From Dehalococcoidia bacterium (GTDB taxonomy: Bacteria; Chloroflexota; Dehalococcoidia; Lucifugimonadales; UBA3495), in contig CBDFLG010000001.1 of assembly GCA_965249065.1 (NCBI GenBank), forward strand, positions 1,094,646 through 1,158,645: DNA of 64,000 bases, written 5' to 3'. Shown one piece after another: positions 26,950 through 35,363 of this stretch (position 1 is the first letter of the stretch; each line of letters opens with the position of its first letter). Made by a program: the position numbers and the translations under genes. Below the pieces are notes generated by a model, which did not search any database, was not told where the DNA came from, and saw nothing but the letters and a program-made list of their open reading frames with translations.

Positions 26950-27025
26950 TGGAGCGGGCGATGGGAATCGAACCCACATGGCTAGCTTGGAAGGCTAGAG
27001 CTCTGCCATTGAGCTACGCCCGCGC
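26950..27025 (-). tRNA. tRNA-Gly (anticodon TCC), CCA encoded
   Basis: The reverse complement reads gcgcgggcgtagctcaatggcagagctctagccttccaagctagccatgtgggttcgattcccatcgcccgctcca (76 nt). It has a 7-bp acceptor stem, a CTTCCAA anticodon loop, GGTTCGATTCC in the T-arm and a terminal CCA. Confidence 0.95.
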
Positions 27026-27135
27026 TCCGGAAAACGGGAACCCGGAGGTCCGCCGCTTAAGTCAATTATAGCCGCAGCGCATCATCCTTGCCAACTATTC
27101 GTCAGGGCCTTTCCAAGCCATCCGCGCGCCCCAGG

Positions 27136-27166
27136 CCGTTAGTCCTTAGCTTGTCGAAGGACGGGT
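27136..27166. repeat. REP-B hairpin, degenerate copy
   Basis: ccgttagtccttagcttgtcgaaggacgggtcg shares the core GTCCT-(T/G)AGCTTGTCGAA-GGAC. Confidence 0.6.
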
Positions 27167-27175
27167 CGTGGGAAT

Positions 27176-27208
27176 CCATTGGTGGTGAGCTTGCCGAACC
27201 ACCAACGG
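27176..27208. repeat. REP-B hairpin variant
   Basis: ccattggtgg-tgagcttgccgaa-ccaccaacgg: 10-bp stem (one mismatch) around the same loop. Confidence 0.7.
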
Positions 27209-27271
27209 ACTCTCACGCACCGCCAACGGACTATCGCGCTTCGCAGAAGCGTTGTTTAACGTTGCCTGGCT

Positions 27272-29161
27272 TTAGTCGCGCAGGCGCCGAGCGCCGGGGC
27301 GCGTAGTCCTAGCGCCCGGCGCTGGCGCCTTCGGGGCGGCTGCGTCGTCGTGAGGGGCGTTGCCGTCGGTTCCTGCTTGGCTTCCGTCTGCTGCGGGGTG
27401 GGGGGCGCGCCGGGACCCGTTGGACACCACGAAGCTCAGACGTTCCCGCAGTTGGTAGACCACCCGGTCCACTTCGTAGTCGGGGGTGCGGTAGCGGTTG
27501 AGGGCATGGCGCAGCACTTCCAACCCGGCCTCCATCTCCGGCCACACCACTTCCTGCACGCCCATGCGTTGCAGGCCTTCGCCTTCGGAGCGCGCCCGCA
27601 CCCGGGCCACGATGTCCAGCTCGGGCTGTAGGTCCAGGGCGTGCTGAGCGGTCAACTCCACCGATACCGGATCGCCGGTGGTAATCACCAGCAGCCCGGC
27701 CTGCGGCACCCGCGCCGCCCGCAACACTTCCACCCGGTCGGCGGAACCTTGGACGGTCTGGTATCCGCTGAGGCGCCACTGGTACAAAGTGCGCTGGTCC
27801 AGGTCAACGGCGACGAAAGGCACATCGTGCTCCTGCAACACCTGCGCCACCAGAGAGCCGACCTGCCCCAGTCCACAGATGACCACGTGGCCGAAAAGCT
27901 GCCGTGGGCGCTCTTCGCCGTGAGGGTTGCCGATACGGTAGGGCCGCAACACCCGGAAGCGGCGGCTCAACACCGTTATCAGCTTGGATCCTCCAGTAAT
28001 GACCGGCGGCCCGGCAGCCATGGTCAGCACCGCCGACACCACGATGAGCGAGTGAAAGTCTTGGTCAACGATACCCAGCGACAACGCCCCGGCCACCAGA
28101 ATAAAGCTGAACTCGCCAATCTGCCCCAAGCCCGCTCCGGTCAGCAGCGCCGTGCTGGGCAGGTAGCCGGAAAAGCGGACGATTAGGGAAGTAACCGCGA
28201 ACTTGATTACCACCACGGACCCGATTACCGCCATTACCATGCCAAAGTGGTCAACAATGAACACCGGGTCAGTCAGCATTCCCAGCGAGGCGAAGAACAA
28301 CGCCCCGAAAATATCGCGCAGCGGGGTCACTTCGGCCAGCGCCCAATGTCCGATGTCGGACTCGCTGAGCAGCAGCCCCGCCACGAAAGCGCCCAGCGCG
28401 GCCGACAAGCCCACTTGATTGGTGAGGGCGGCTGTGGCGAAGACGGTCGTCACCACCATCAGCACAAACATTTCCCGCGAGCCCATCAGCGTGATGCGGC
28501 CCATCACCCACGGCACCACCTTGATTCCCAACAGGGCGACGCCGCCGATAACCACCGTCGCCTTTAGCACGCCCAATCCGATTTCCTGCAAAACCGAGGC
28601 CCCGCCGCCGCTGCCGTCCAGCGCCGGCAGCATGGCAATCATCGGGATAAACATCAGGTCTTGCAGCAAGAGAAAGCCGGTCATCAGCCGGCCTTGCAGG
28701 CTGTTCAGCTCGCCCATGTCCGACAGCGTTTTCAGCACTACCATAGTGCTGCTGAGGGCCCCAACCATTCCCAGAATCAGCGACGTGGTCAGGCCAAGCC
28801 CCAGCGCCAAACCGATGGGCGTTATCATTGCGGCGGTTATCACAATCTGCAATATGCCGCCGACGACTATCACCTTTCCCAAGTGCAGCAGTTCACGGAA
28901 GGAGACCTCGATCCCGATGGCGAACACCAGCAGAACGACGCCAATCTCGGCCATCGTGTGAACCGATTCTTCGTTGGCGACCGTGGCGAAATTAAGCCAA
29001 TCCGCGCCGGCGCGCCCGGCGACGTGAGGGCCGATTATCATGCCCATGGCCAGATAGCCCAGCGCCGGCGGCGCCCGCAGCACGCGAGCCACCACCCCAC
29101 CGACAAAGGCGGCGCAGACCACGGTCACCAAGTCTATGAATAGGTGATTTTCAAGCTCCAT
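27272..29161 (-). CDS. cation:proton antiporter (Kef-type) with C-terminal RCK/TrkA-N domain
   Basis: ~12 TM helices. Then VVICGLGQVGSLVAQVLQEHDVPFVAVDLD Rossmann motif. Start taken at MELENHLFIDL; 29197 is also possible. Confidence 0.8.
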   Translation of the reverse strand: MELENHLFIDLVTVVCAAFVGGVVARVLRAPPALGYLAMGMIIGPHVAGRAGADWLNFATVANEESVHTMAEIGVVLLVFAIGIEVSFRELLHLGKVIVVGGILQIVITAAMITPIGLALGLGLTTSLILGMVGALSSTMVVLKTLSDMGELNSLQGRLMTGFLLLQDLMFIPMIAMLPALDGSGGGASVLQEIGLGVLKATVVIGGVALLGIKVVPWVMGRITLMGSREMFVLMVVTTVFATAALTNQVGLSAALGAFVAGLLLSESDIGHWALAEVTPLRDIFGALFFASLGMLTDPVFIVDHFGMVMAVIGSVVVIKFAVTSLIVRFSGYLPSTALLTGAGLGQIGEFSFILVAGALSLGIVDQDFHSLIVVSAVLTMAAGPPVITGGSKLITVLSRRFRVLRPYRIGNPHGEERPRQLFGHVVICGLGQVGSLVAQVLQEHDVPFVAVDLDQRTLYQWRLSGYQTVQGSADRVEVLRAARVPQAGLLVITTGDPVSVELTAQHALDLQPELDIVARVRARSEGEGLQRMGVQEVVWPEMEAGLEVLRHALNRYRTPDYEVDRVVYQLRERLSFVVSNGSRRAPHPAADGSQAGTDGNAPHDDAAAPKAPAPGARTTRPGARRLRD

Positions 29162-29381
29162 GTCAGGCTGAAAGCTCCGGCCCTTCGTGGCAAACACAAA
29201 TCAGGGCAATTATTGCTATTATAGTCTGAAGGGCCAGCCCGCGAGATTGCCTCACGCTATGAAAAACGGACAACCGGGGTGCCGGTTATTCCGCGGGAGC
29301 CGCGGCCAGCCCCGGATTTCACTGCAATACCAAACTCGATATTACAGCATTACAACAAAAATTGCCGTCAGGAGGCAGAAA

Positions 29382-29771
29382 ATGCCAGTCGAACGTCGAG
29401 ACTACCCGGACATCGCGCCCGCCGGCCCCACCTACAGCCGCGGCACCAAGGCCGGCAATCTGCTGTTCGTGTCCGGCTGCACCGCCCGCGGCTCGGACGC
29501 TCAAGGCAAGCCGTTGATGGAGCAGTTGGATGTGACGCTGGAGCGGGTCGTAGGAGTAGTCAAGGCCGAGGGCGGTTCACCGGGCGACATCGCCAAGATA
29601 ACCTGCTTCGTTACCAGCATCGCCGACTGGCAGGCCAATCCCGCCAAGCAGGCGGAACTATTCGCCCGCCACTTCGAGGGAAAGTACCCGGCCAACTCGC
29701 TAATCGAAATCAGCGCCCTGGCCGAGCCGGGCCTGGACGTGGAAATCGAGGCCATAGCTGTCCTGGAGTAA
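29382..29771 (+). CDS. RidA/YjgF-family protein
   Basis: ATG 8 nt after AGGAGG. GNLLFVSGCTA...ITCFVTSIADW...YPANSLIEISALAEPGLDVEIEAIAVL. Confidence 0.8.
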   Translation: MPVERRDYPDIAPAGPTYSRGTKAGNLLFVSGCTARGSDAQGKPLMEQLDVTLERVVGVVKAEGGSPGDIAKITCFVTSIADWQANPAKQAELFARHFEGKYPANSLIEISALAEPGLDVEIEAIAVLE

Positions 29772-29778
29772 TCCGCTG

Positions 29779-29799
29779 GCCCTGAGTTTGTCGCAGGGC
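29779..29799. repeat. REP-B short variant
   Basis: gccctg-agtttgtcg-cagggc. Confidence 0.5.
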
Positions 29800-29832
29800 T
29801 TGGGTGAATGGGATGCTTGCGCCATAGCCTAT

Positions 29833-29865
29833 CCGTTCGTCCTGAGCTTGTCGAAGTATGAACGG
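29833..29865. repeat. REP-B hairpin copy
   Basis: ccgttcgtcctgagcttgtcgaagtatgaacgg followed by gtttcgcgg. The same 3' flank (atttcgcgg) follows the copy at 55790. Confidence 0.7.
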
Positions 29866-29899
29866 GTTTCGCGGGGCGCATTCCAGATACGACCGGAAC

Positions 29900-32278
29900 C
29901 TAACCCTGCGCCTCGGCCAGCCAGCGGCGGATGTTGTTGGGGCTGAGGGGCAGGCGGTTGATCCGAACGCCGAACGGCGCCAGGGCGTGGGCGACTGCGT
30001 TGCCAAGGGCGGCGCCGGTGGCGAGAATCGCACCCTCGCCCGCGCCCTTGACGCCCAGCGGGTTCAGCGGCGAGGGCGCCTCCTCCAATATCGCGCACTC
30101 GATGTCTGGCACGTCGCTGCTGGTGGGCAGCAGGTAGTCCATCAGGGTGCCGGAAAGCAGTTGGCCGCTACCGTCGTAGACCAGTTCCTCCAGCAGGGTT
30201 CCGCCGATGCCCTGGGCCGCGCCGCCCACCGACTGGCCGTGCATAGTCAGCGGGTTGATGCAGCGGCCCACGTCCTCCACCACCACGTAGCGCAGCACCT
30301 CCAGCTTGCCGGTCTCGGGATCCACGGCTACGTGGGCGGCGTGACTGCCATACGAATAGGTCCATTCCTCAATGCGGAAATACTCCGTCGCGTCCAGCGC
30401 CGTTTCCGGGTCGTCAAACCGGCGCTGCGAATCGGCCAGCGCGGCTACCTGTTGCAGCGTGAGCTCGCGCTGCCCGCCGGGGTCGTCCTTCACCACTACC
30501 ACGCCGTGACGCAGGTCGAGAACTTCGGGCGCGGTGTCGAGGTAACTGGCTGCCAGCGACAGTATCCGCGCCCGGAGCGTCTGGCAGGACAGGTGTATGG
30601 CGCTGCCGGCCATGACCGTGGCGCGGCTGCCGAAGGTGCCGATGCTGGCGGGCAGGTAGTCGGTGCTGCCGTGGAAGATGCTAACGTCTTCGATGGGGAC
30701 GCTCAGCGAGTCGGCGCAGATTTGGGCCATCACCGTCTCGTGGCCTTGGCCCATGGTGGCGATGCCGAGGTAGACTTCCACCCCGCCGCTTGGGGTGACC
30801 AGCACCCGCGCGCCCTCGAAGGGGCCGAAGCCGGTGGGTTCGACGTAGGATGCGATGCCGACGCCGTGGTAGCGCCCCTGTTCGTCGGGGCTCTGCCGGG
30901 CGGCCAGCTCATCGTAGCCGATCTGCTCCAGGGTGCGGTTGAAGGCGCTGGCGTAGTCGCCGCTGTCAAACACCGTATTGCGGCCATCAAGGCGGGTCGG
31001 CCCCGCGTTGTAGGGCATCTCGCTGGCGTCAATCAGATTGCGGCGGCGCAGTTCCGCCGGGTCCAATCCCAGGTCGCCGGCCGCCATATCCAGCAGCCGC
31101 TCGCGGATAAAGGTTCCCTCGAAGAAGCCCGGGGCCCGGTAGGTGCCGGCCCCCATCTTGTTGGTCATCACGCAGTTCACTGAGGCGTGGAATGCCGGAA
31201 CGCGGTACGGCCCCGTCATCATAACTGCGGTGAGAGCAGGAACGACGCTGCCGTGCGTGCGGATATAGGCGCCCATGTCGCCGTAGACCGTGGCGCGCAG
31301 CCCCAGCAGCGTCCCATCGTTGCGGGCGGCGATTTCCACTTGGCACAGCACTTCCCGGGAATGGTTGGCCGACGCCAGATGCTCCACGCGGTCTTCCACC
31401 CACTTCACCGGGCGGCCCAGCCGGAACGAAGCGAAGGGAATCAGGAAGTCCTCGGCGTAGAACTCGCCGCGCACTCCGAAGCCGCCGCCCACGTCCGGCT
31501 CGATGAAGTGGATTCTCTCTTCCTCGATTTCCAGGTGGCTGGCCAGAATAGCCCGGTTGGTATGGGCGACTTTGGTCGGCCCCCACACCCGCAGTTGGCC
31601 GTCGGTTGCGTCATAGCTGGCAACCAGCCCCCTGGTCTCCAGCGGGTTGGCGGTGTGGCGGTTGGTGTGAAACTCCTCTTTTCGGACGTAATCGGCATCG
31701 CGGAAGGCCGCCTCCACGTCGCCGACGCTGATTTCGGCGGAACCGGCCAGGTTGGTCCCGTTGGCCGGATGCACCACCACAGCGTCGGTCAACGCCTCGG
31801 CCACGCTGGTAACGGCGGGCAGCGGCTCATAGTCGACTTCGATAACGTCCAGGGCGTCCTCGGCCAGGTAGCGGCTTTCGGCAACCACTACCGCCACCGC
31901 CTCCCCGGCGTGGCGTACGACATCGGCAGACAGCGGCGTTTGCAGGTAGTTGTCCAGCCCAGGCAGGGGAAACACGCGCATAGGGATGGGCTTGGCCAGG
32001 TCCGCCATGTCGGCGTAGGTGAACACCGCCACCACGCCATCGAGGGCCAGAGCCGCCGAGGCATCTATGCCGCGCACTCGCGCATGGGCGTGGGGGCTGC
32101 GCAGGATGGCGGCGTGCAGCATCCCCGGCAGGCGCACGTCGTCCAGGTACTGCCCCCGCCCGGTAATGAACCGGACATCCTCCCGCCGCCGGAGCGGAGC
32201 GCCGATGTAAGACTGCCCGGAGTAGGACTGCCCGGAGTAGGACTGCATTGACGGCTGTGCGGTCACGGCCTCACCCAT
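29900..32278 (-). CDS. xanthine dehydrogenase-family molybdopterin-binding subunit (CoxL-like)
   Basis: 792 aa. RRREDVRFITGRGQYLDD...(a/b hammerhead)...GGGFG...; ATG preceded by AGAAGG. N-terminal SYSGQSYSGQSY repeat. No adjacent FAD or 2Fe-2S subunit genes. Confidence 0.85.
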   Translation of the reverse strand: MGEAVTAQPSMQSYSGQSYSGQSYIGAPLRRREDVRFITGRGQYLDDVRLPGMLHAAILRSPHAHARVRGIDASAALALDGVVAVFTYADMADLAKPIPMRVFPLPGLDNYLQTPLSADVVRHAGEAVAVVVAESRYLAEDALDVIEVDYEPLPAVTSVAEALTDAVVVHPANGTNLAGSAEISVGDVEAAFRDADYVRKEEFHTNRHTANPLETRGLVASYDATDGQLRVWGPTKVAHTNRAILASHLEIEEERIHFIEPDVGGGFGVRGEFYAEDFLIPFASFRLGRPVKWVEDRVEHLASANHSREVLCQVEIAARNDGTLLGLRATVYGDMGAYIRTHGSVVPALTAVMMTGPYRVPAFHASVNCVMTNKMGAGTYRAPGFFEGTFIRERLLDMAAGDLGLDPAELRRRNLIDASEMPYNAGPTRLDGRNTVFDSGDYASAFNRTLEQIGYDELAARQSPDEQGRYHGVGIASYVEPTGFGPFEGARVLVTPSGGVEVYLGIATMGQGHETVMAQICADSLSVPIEDVSIFHGSTDYLPASIGTFGSRATVMAGSAIHLSCQTLRARILSLAASYLDTAPEVLDLRHGVVVVKDDPGGQRELTLQQVAALADSQRRFDDPETALDATEYFRIEEWTYSYGSHAAHVAVDPETGKLEVLRYVVVEDVGRCINPLTMHGQSVGGAAQGIGGTLLEELVYDGSGQLLSGTLMDYLLPTSSDVPDIECAILEEAPSPLNPLGVKGAGEGAILATGAALGNAVAHALAPFGVRINRLPLSPNNIRRWLAEAQG

Positions 32279-32348
32279 CCTTCTGTATATCTTGGCCTGA
32301 TAGCATGGCTTGTATAGCTGAGCTCATTATAACCCCAGGACGATTGCA

Positions 32349-32410
32349 AAGTCCCTGAGAATCCGTTCCTGGTGAGCTTGTCGAACCGCGAGCGGATTCT
32401 TGAGGACTTT
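32349..32410. repeat. REP-B hairpin with extended outer stem
   Basis: aaagtccctgagaatccg...gagcttgtcgaa...cggattcttgaggacttt. Confidence 0.65.
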
Positions 32411-32460
32411 ACACAAAGACATGACTGCACTTCCTGATGCTGCCTGAGTGGCTTGTTTTT

Positions 32461-32500
32461 GGTTTCCCGGTCATTTCCGGTCATTTCCGGCCATTTGGTT
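32461..32500. repeat. 10-bp tandem repeat, ~4 units
   Basis: ggtttcccgg tcatttccgg tcatttccgg ccatttggtt. Confidence 0.8.
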
Positions 32501-32689
32501 ATTTCTGTTGGGGCGGGCCGTGTTGAGGGCCGAATATGGCGGACGGGCAGGGGCATACAGGGACTATGCTAGGGAGGTGTCATAGGGCTTGGCAAGGGCC
32601 AGGTGTCATAAAATCGTATTAGGGGAACCAGGCAAGGGCTGCGGCATTCGTTCGGGACAGTTTTCGTCTGGGGAATGCCCTCACCATCA

Positions 32690-32710
32690 CCCTCTCCCAG
32701 GGGGAGAGGG
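32690..32710. repeat. REP-C hairpin (CCCTCTCCC-agg-GGGAGAGGG)
   Basis: Perfect 9-bp stem, preceded by ccctcaccatcac. Confidence 0.75.
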
Positions 32711-32758
32711 AACTTTGCAATCGTTCTCATTATAACCCCGGTCTCACCGGCGCCGGGC

Positions 32759-33772
32759 TCAGCCATCTTCCGGCGGCGTCCTTCGCCAGGGCCGGTGGAC
32801 GAGGCGGATCTGCTTCTCTCCCCACCGCATCCGCTCGTACTCTGAGGAGAACTCGGCGCCGACTATCAGGATAAAGCTGGATACATAGGCCCAGATCAGC
32901 ACCACAATCACCGAAGTCAGCGAGCCGTAAATCCTTTCATAGTCGGCAAAATTTTCCAGGTAAAACACGAAGACGCTCTTGGACACCTCGAACAGTACCG
33001 CTCCCAGCAGCGCCCCAGGCCAGATGTTGCGCCAGTAGGTGCGGGTATTGGGCGTGAATTTGTAAATCAGCAGGAATACGGCCAGCGTAAACACGAATGG
33101 CAGGATGCGGGACAGAGCGTTTAGGCCATCATGCGCGAGAAAAGCGAAACTTCCTGTCTCCGGCAAGCCCACGTGTCCCAGCACTTGCACCGCCGCGGTG
33201 GAGCTTATAGACAGGAGAAACAGCGGGGCCACGGCGAGGGTCATCAGAATGTGGCGCAGCTTGTCTATGTAAAAAGGCCGGTCATTATAAACGTCCCAAG
33301 CCCGGTTGACCGCGCGGCTGACCGCCCCGAACAGCAGGCTGGCCGACCAGAACAGGCCGAGAAAGCTCGCTATCCCCAAGAAGCCGCGTATGTTGCCCAC
33401 CGCTTCGACGTTGGCCGCAAGAAGCTCATCGGAGCCCGGGAAATAGGTCTGGAAGAAGGTGAATACCTCCCGCTCCACGGTCTCCGATTTCAGCACCATG
33501 CTGAGCAGGGTGACCAGCCCAATGGTCAGCGGAAACAGCGACAGGATGAAGTAGTAGGCCACCCCGGCCGCCATGTGCGTTGCGTCGTCGGCCCCCAGCT
33601 CCCGCACCGTCCGGTACACCAGCTCCACGGCCGGAATTTTAATGAGCCTTCGCCATACCCGCCTGGCCCGCACACGGACCCGCAGGTAATCGCGGCTGCG
33701 AATTACCCGCGCCCGGAACCGCCCGACCGGGGCGGTCAAAATTGCCTTAATGCGCGCCGGAAATAACATCAT
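32759..33772 (-). CDS. YihY/BrkB-family membrane protein
   Basis: DATHMAAGVAYYFILSLFPLTIGL... plus 6 TM helices; family-typical. Confidence 0.8.
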   Translation of the reverse strand: MMLFPARIKAILTAPVGRFRARVIRSRDYLRVRVRARRVWRRLIKIPAVELVYRTVRELGADDATHMAAGVAYYFILSLFPLTIGLVTLLSMVLKSETVEREVFTFFQTYFPGSDELLAANVEAVGNIRGFLGIASFLGLFWSASLLFGAVSRAVNRAWDVYNDRPFYIDKLRHILMTLAVAPLFLLSISSTAAVQVLGHVGLPETGSFAFLAHDGLNALSRILPFVFTLAVFLLIYKFTPNTRTYWRNIWPGALLGAVLFEVSKSVFVFYLENFADYERIYGSLTSVIVVLIWAYVSSFILIVGAEFSSEYERMRWGEKQIRLVHRPWRRTPPEDG

Positions 33773-33873
33773 ACATATCTATAATAGCAGAGGCGGGTTT
33801 CAAACCCGCCTCTGCTATATTCGCCCATGCCACTGCCGTGCCACGATTGAGAAGGTCCTGGAATATGGCGGTT

Positions 33874-34980
33874 TTATGAGTCGTCCTTCTTCTCTTGACC
33901 GCGGAAGGGAGCGCGCAGGACAACGGCCACGTCACCGACTGTGCCACCGACAGCGCCGGTGACGGCGGTGGCAGTCGCCTCGCCAAAGGACCCGGCGGCG
34001 CTGACCGCGCCGTTGGCCGCAGCCGAGGCCGCGTCTTCGGCCTTCAGGCCAATGCTCTTGGCCGACTCGATGGACTGCTCCACCGCGTTCCGGGCTACGC
34101 TGCCCACGTCTCCGCCCACTTCCGCCGTGCCTTTGATCAGGCCGCGCGCGCTGTCTTCGATGGCCTGCAATACGTTGCCTCCAATCTGGTTCGCGCCGGT
34201 GACCGTGCCGTCAATGGTGTCGCGGGCCGCGGCTCCCAAGTCGCCGCCCACCTCCCGGGTGCCATGAATCGCGCCCCGGGCCGCGCTGAAGACCGCATCC
34301 TGAAGCCGGACGGTAACGCCGCCGGTGGCTTCAATCGCGCCCTCCACAGCGTTGCGGGTAACGGAAGCGACGTCGCCTCCAACCTCGGAAGCTCCTCGAA
34401 TCAGGCCGCGCGTGCTGTCTTCAACGGCTTGCAGCACGTTGCCGCCCACTTCGGCGGTCCCGGTAACTGCGCCTTTGGCTGCGTCGCGCGCCGTTGCGCC
34501 CAGGTCGCCGCCCACGTCCCTCGTGCCTTGAATCGCGCCGCGGGTAACGCTGAATACCGCGTCTTCGGCCCGTAGGCCAACGCTCTTGGTGGTTTCCAGC
34601 GTGCCTTCCACCGCGCTGCGGGCCACGGTAGCCACGTCGCCGCCCACCTCGCTGGTGCCTTGAATTGCGGCCCGCACGGTGTCGCTGCATACTCCGACAG
34701 TCACCGTTGCGACCTCCCCAACGCCGCGAATGATGCCGATGACCGCGCCCTTGGCGGTGGAGCCCAGCTCCGCGCCGACGCCGCCTGTTGCCTGTATGGT
34801 GCCTTTCATTACGTCAACGACCAGTTCCTGGACCCCGCTAACCACTTCACGGGACCCTGACAATGTGCCAACGGTTATATTCCGCGCCGTTAATACGGTG
34901 GTCTCCAAGACATTCCCTGCCCCGTTGATAGTTCCAGTTATTGAGTCTCTTATAGTTCGGCCAATGTTGCTCAAAACCAT
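33874..34980 (-). CDS. repeat protein: nested 22-aa / 88-aa Gly-punctuated helical repeats, unknown family
   Basis: 368 aa, no signal peptide. 22-aa units such as RGLIRGASEVGGDVASVTRNAVEG. Two full 88-aa super-units (res 147-234 and 235-322) plus a half unit. The DNA repeats with a 264-bp period (e.g. 34136 vs 34400). Confidence 0.7.
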   Translation of the reverse strand: MVLSNIGRTIRDSITGTINGAGNVLETTVLTARNITVGTLSGSREVVSGVQELVVDVMKGTIQATGGVGAELGSTAKGAVIGIIRGVGEVATVTVGVCSDTVRAAIQGTSEVGGDVATVARSAVEGTLETTKSVGLRAEDAVFSVTRGAIQGTRDVGGDLGATARDAAKGAVTGTAEVGGNVLQAVEDSTRGLIRGASEVGGDVASVTRNAVEGAIEATGGVTVRLQDAVFSAARGAIHGTREVGGDLGAAARDTIDGTVTGANQIGGNVLQAIEDSARGLIKGTAEVGGDVGSVARNAVEQSIESAKSIGLKAEDAASAAANGAVSAAGSFGEATATAVTGAVGGTVGDVAVVLRAPFRGQEKKDDS

Positions 34981-35138
34981 GTCTGCCCCCTATTCTGGAC
35001 TTCATATCTTGAAAAATCGGACGCGGAGCGCTGCTCTCTTAAGCCGCTGCTCCCGGCAACCCAGCCCGGTGAACGTATTTTATCATACGCTCCCGTATTG
35101 GCCGTTGCCCGCTGCTATCCGCGCCGCATTTCGCAACG

Positions 35139-35363
35139 TTACGGAGCCAGCGTCGCCGGATGCGTCCCGGCGAGGATGAAAGGGAAGGGCACTCCCAGCA
35201 GCAACAGCCCGGCGGTCACGACGCCCCCTACGACCAGCCCCAAGGTCATTTGGCCCCGGATGTATCCCCCCAGAGTCCGGTCCGCTATGCCCGAGAGGTC
35301 CATCAAACGCCCGCCGCACCTAACATAATATACAGTAACTCGCTGAATACTCGCGGCGGCCAC
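35139..35363 (-). pseudogene. probable remnant of an AI-2E (PerM-like) transporter gene
   Basis: LGGYIRGQMTLGLVVGGVVTAGLLLLGVPFPFILAG matches the conserved mid-region of AI-2E transporters. Only ~70 codons exist, against ~350 in intact members. Confidence 0.4.

Noticed and set aside
25495-27271. Considered annotating a tRNA-Gly-associated integrative mobile element.
   Set aside because: There is no integrase, excisionase or transposase gene, and I could not find a direct repeat of the tRNA 3' end. Only the compositional shift and a decayed gene support island origin, so it is reported as a finding and not as a mobile_element feature.
32461-32500. Short tandem repeat examined as a possible CRISPR array or minisatellite.
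   Set aside because: The units are 10 bp and contiguous with no spacers, and no cas genes are present anywhere in the window. It is not a CRISPR array.
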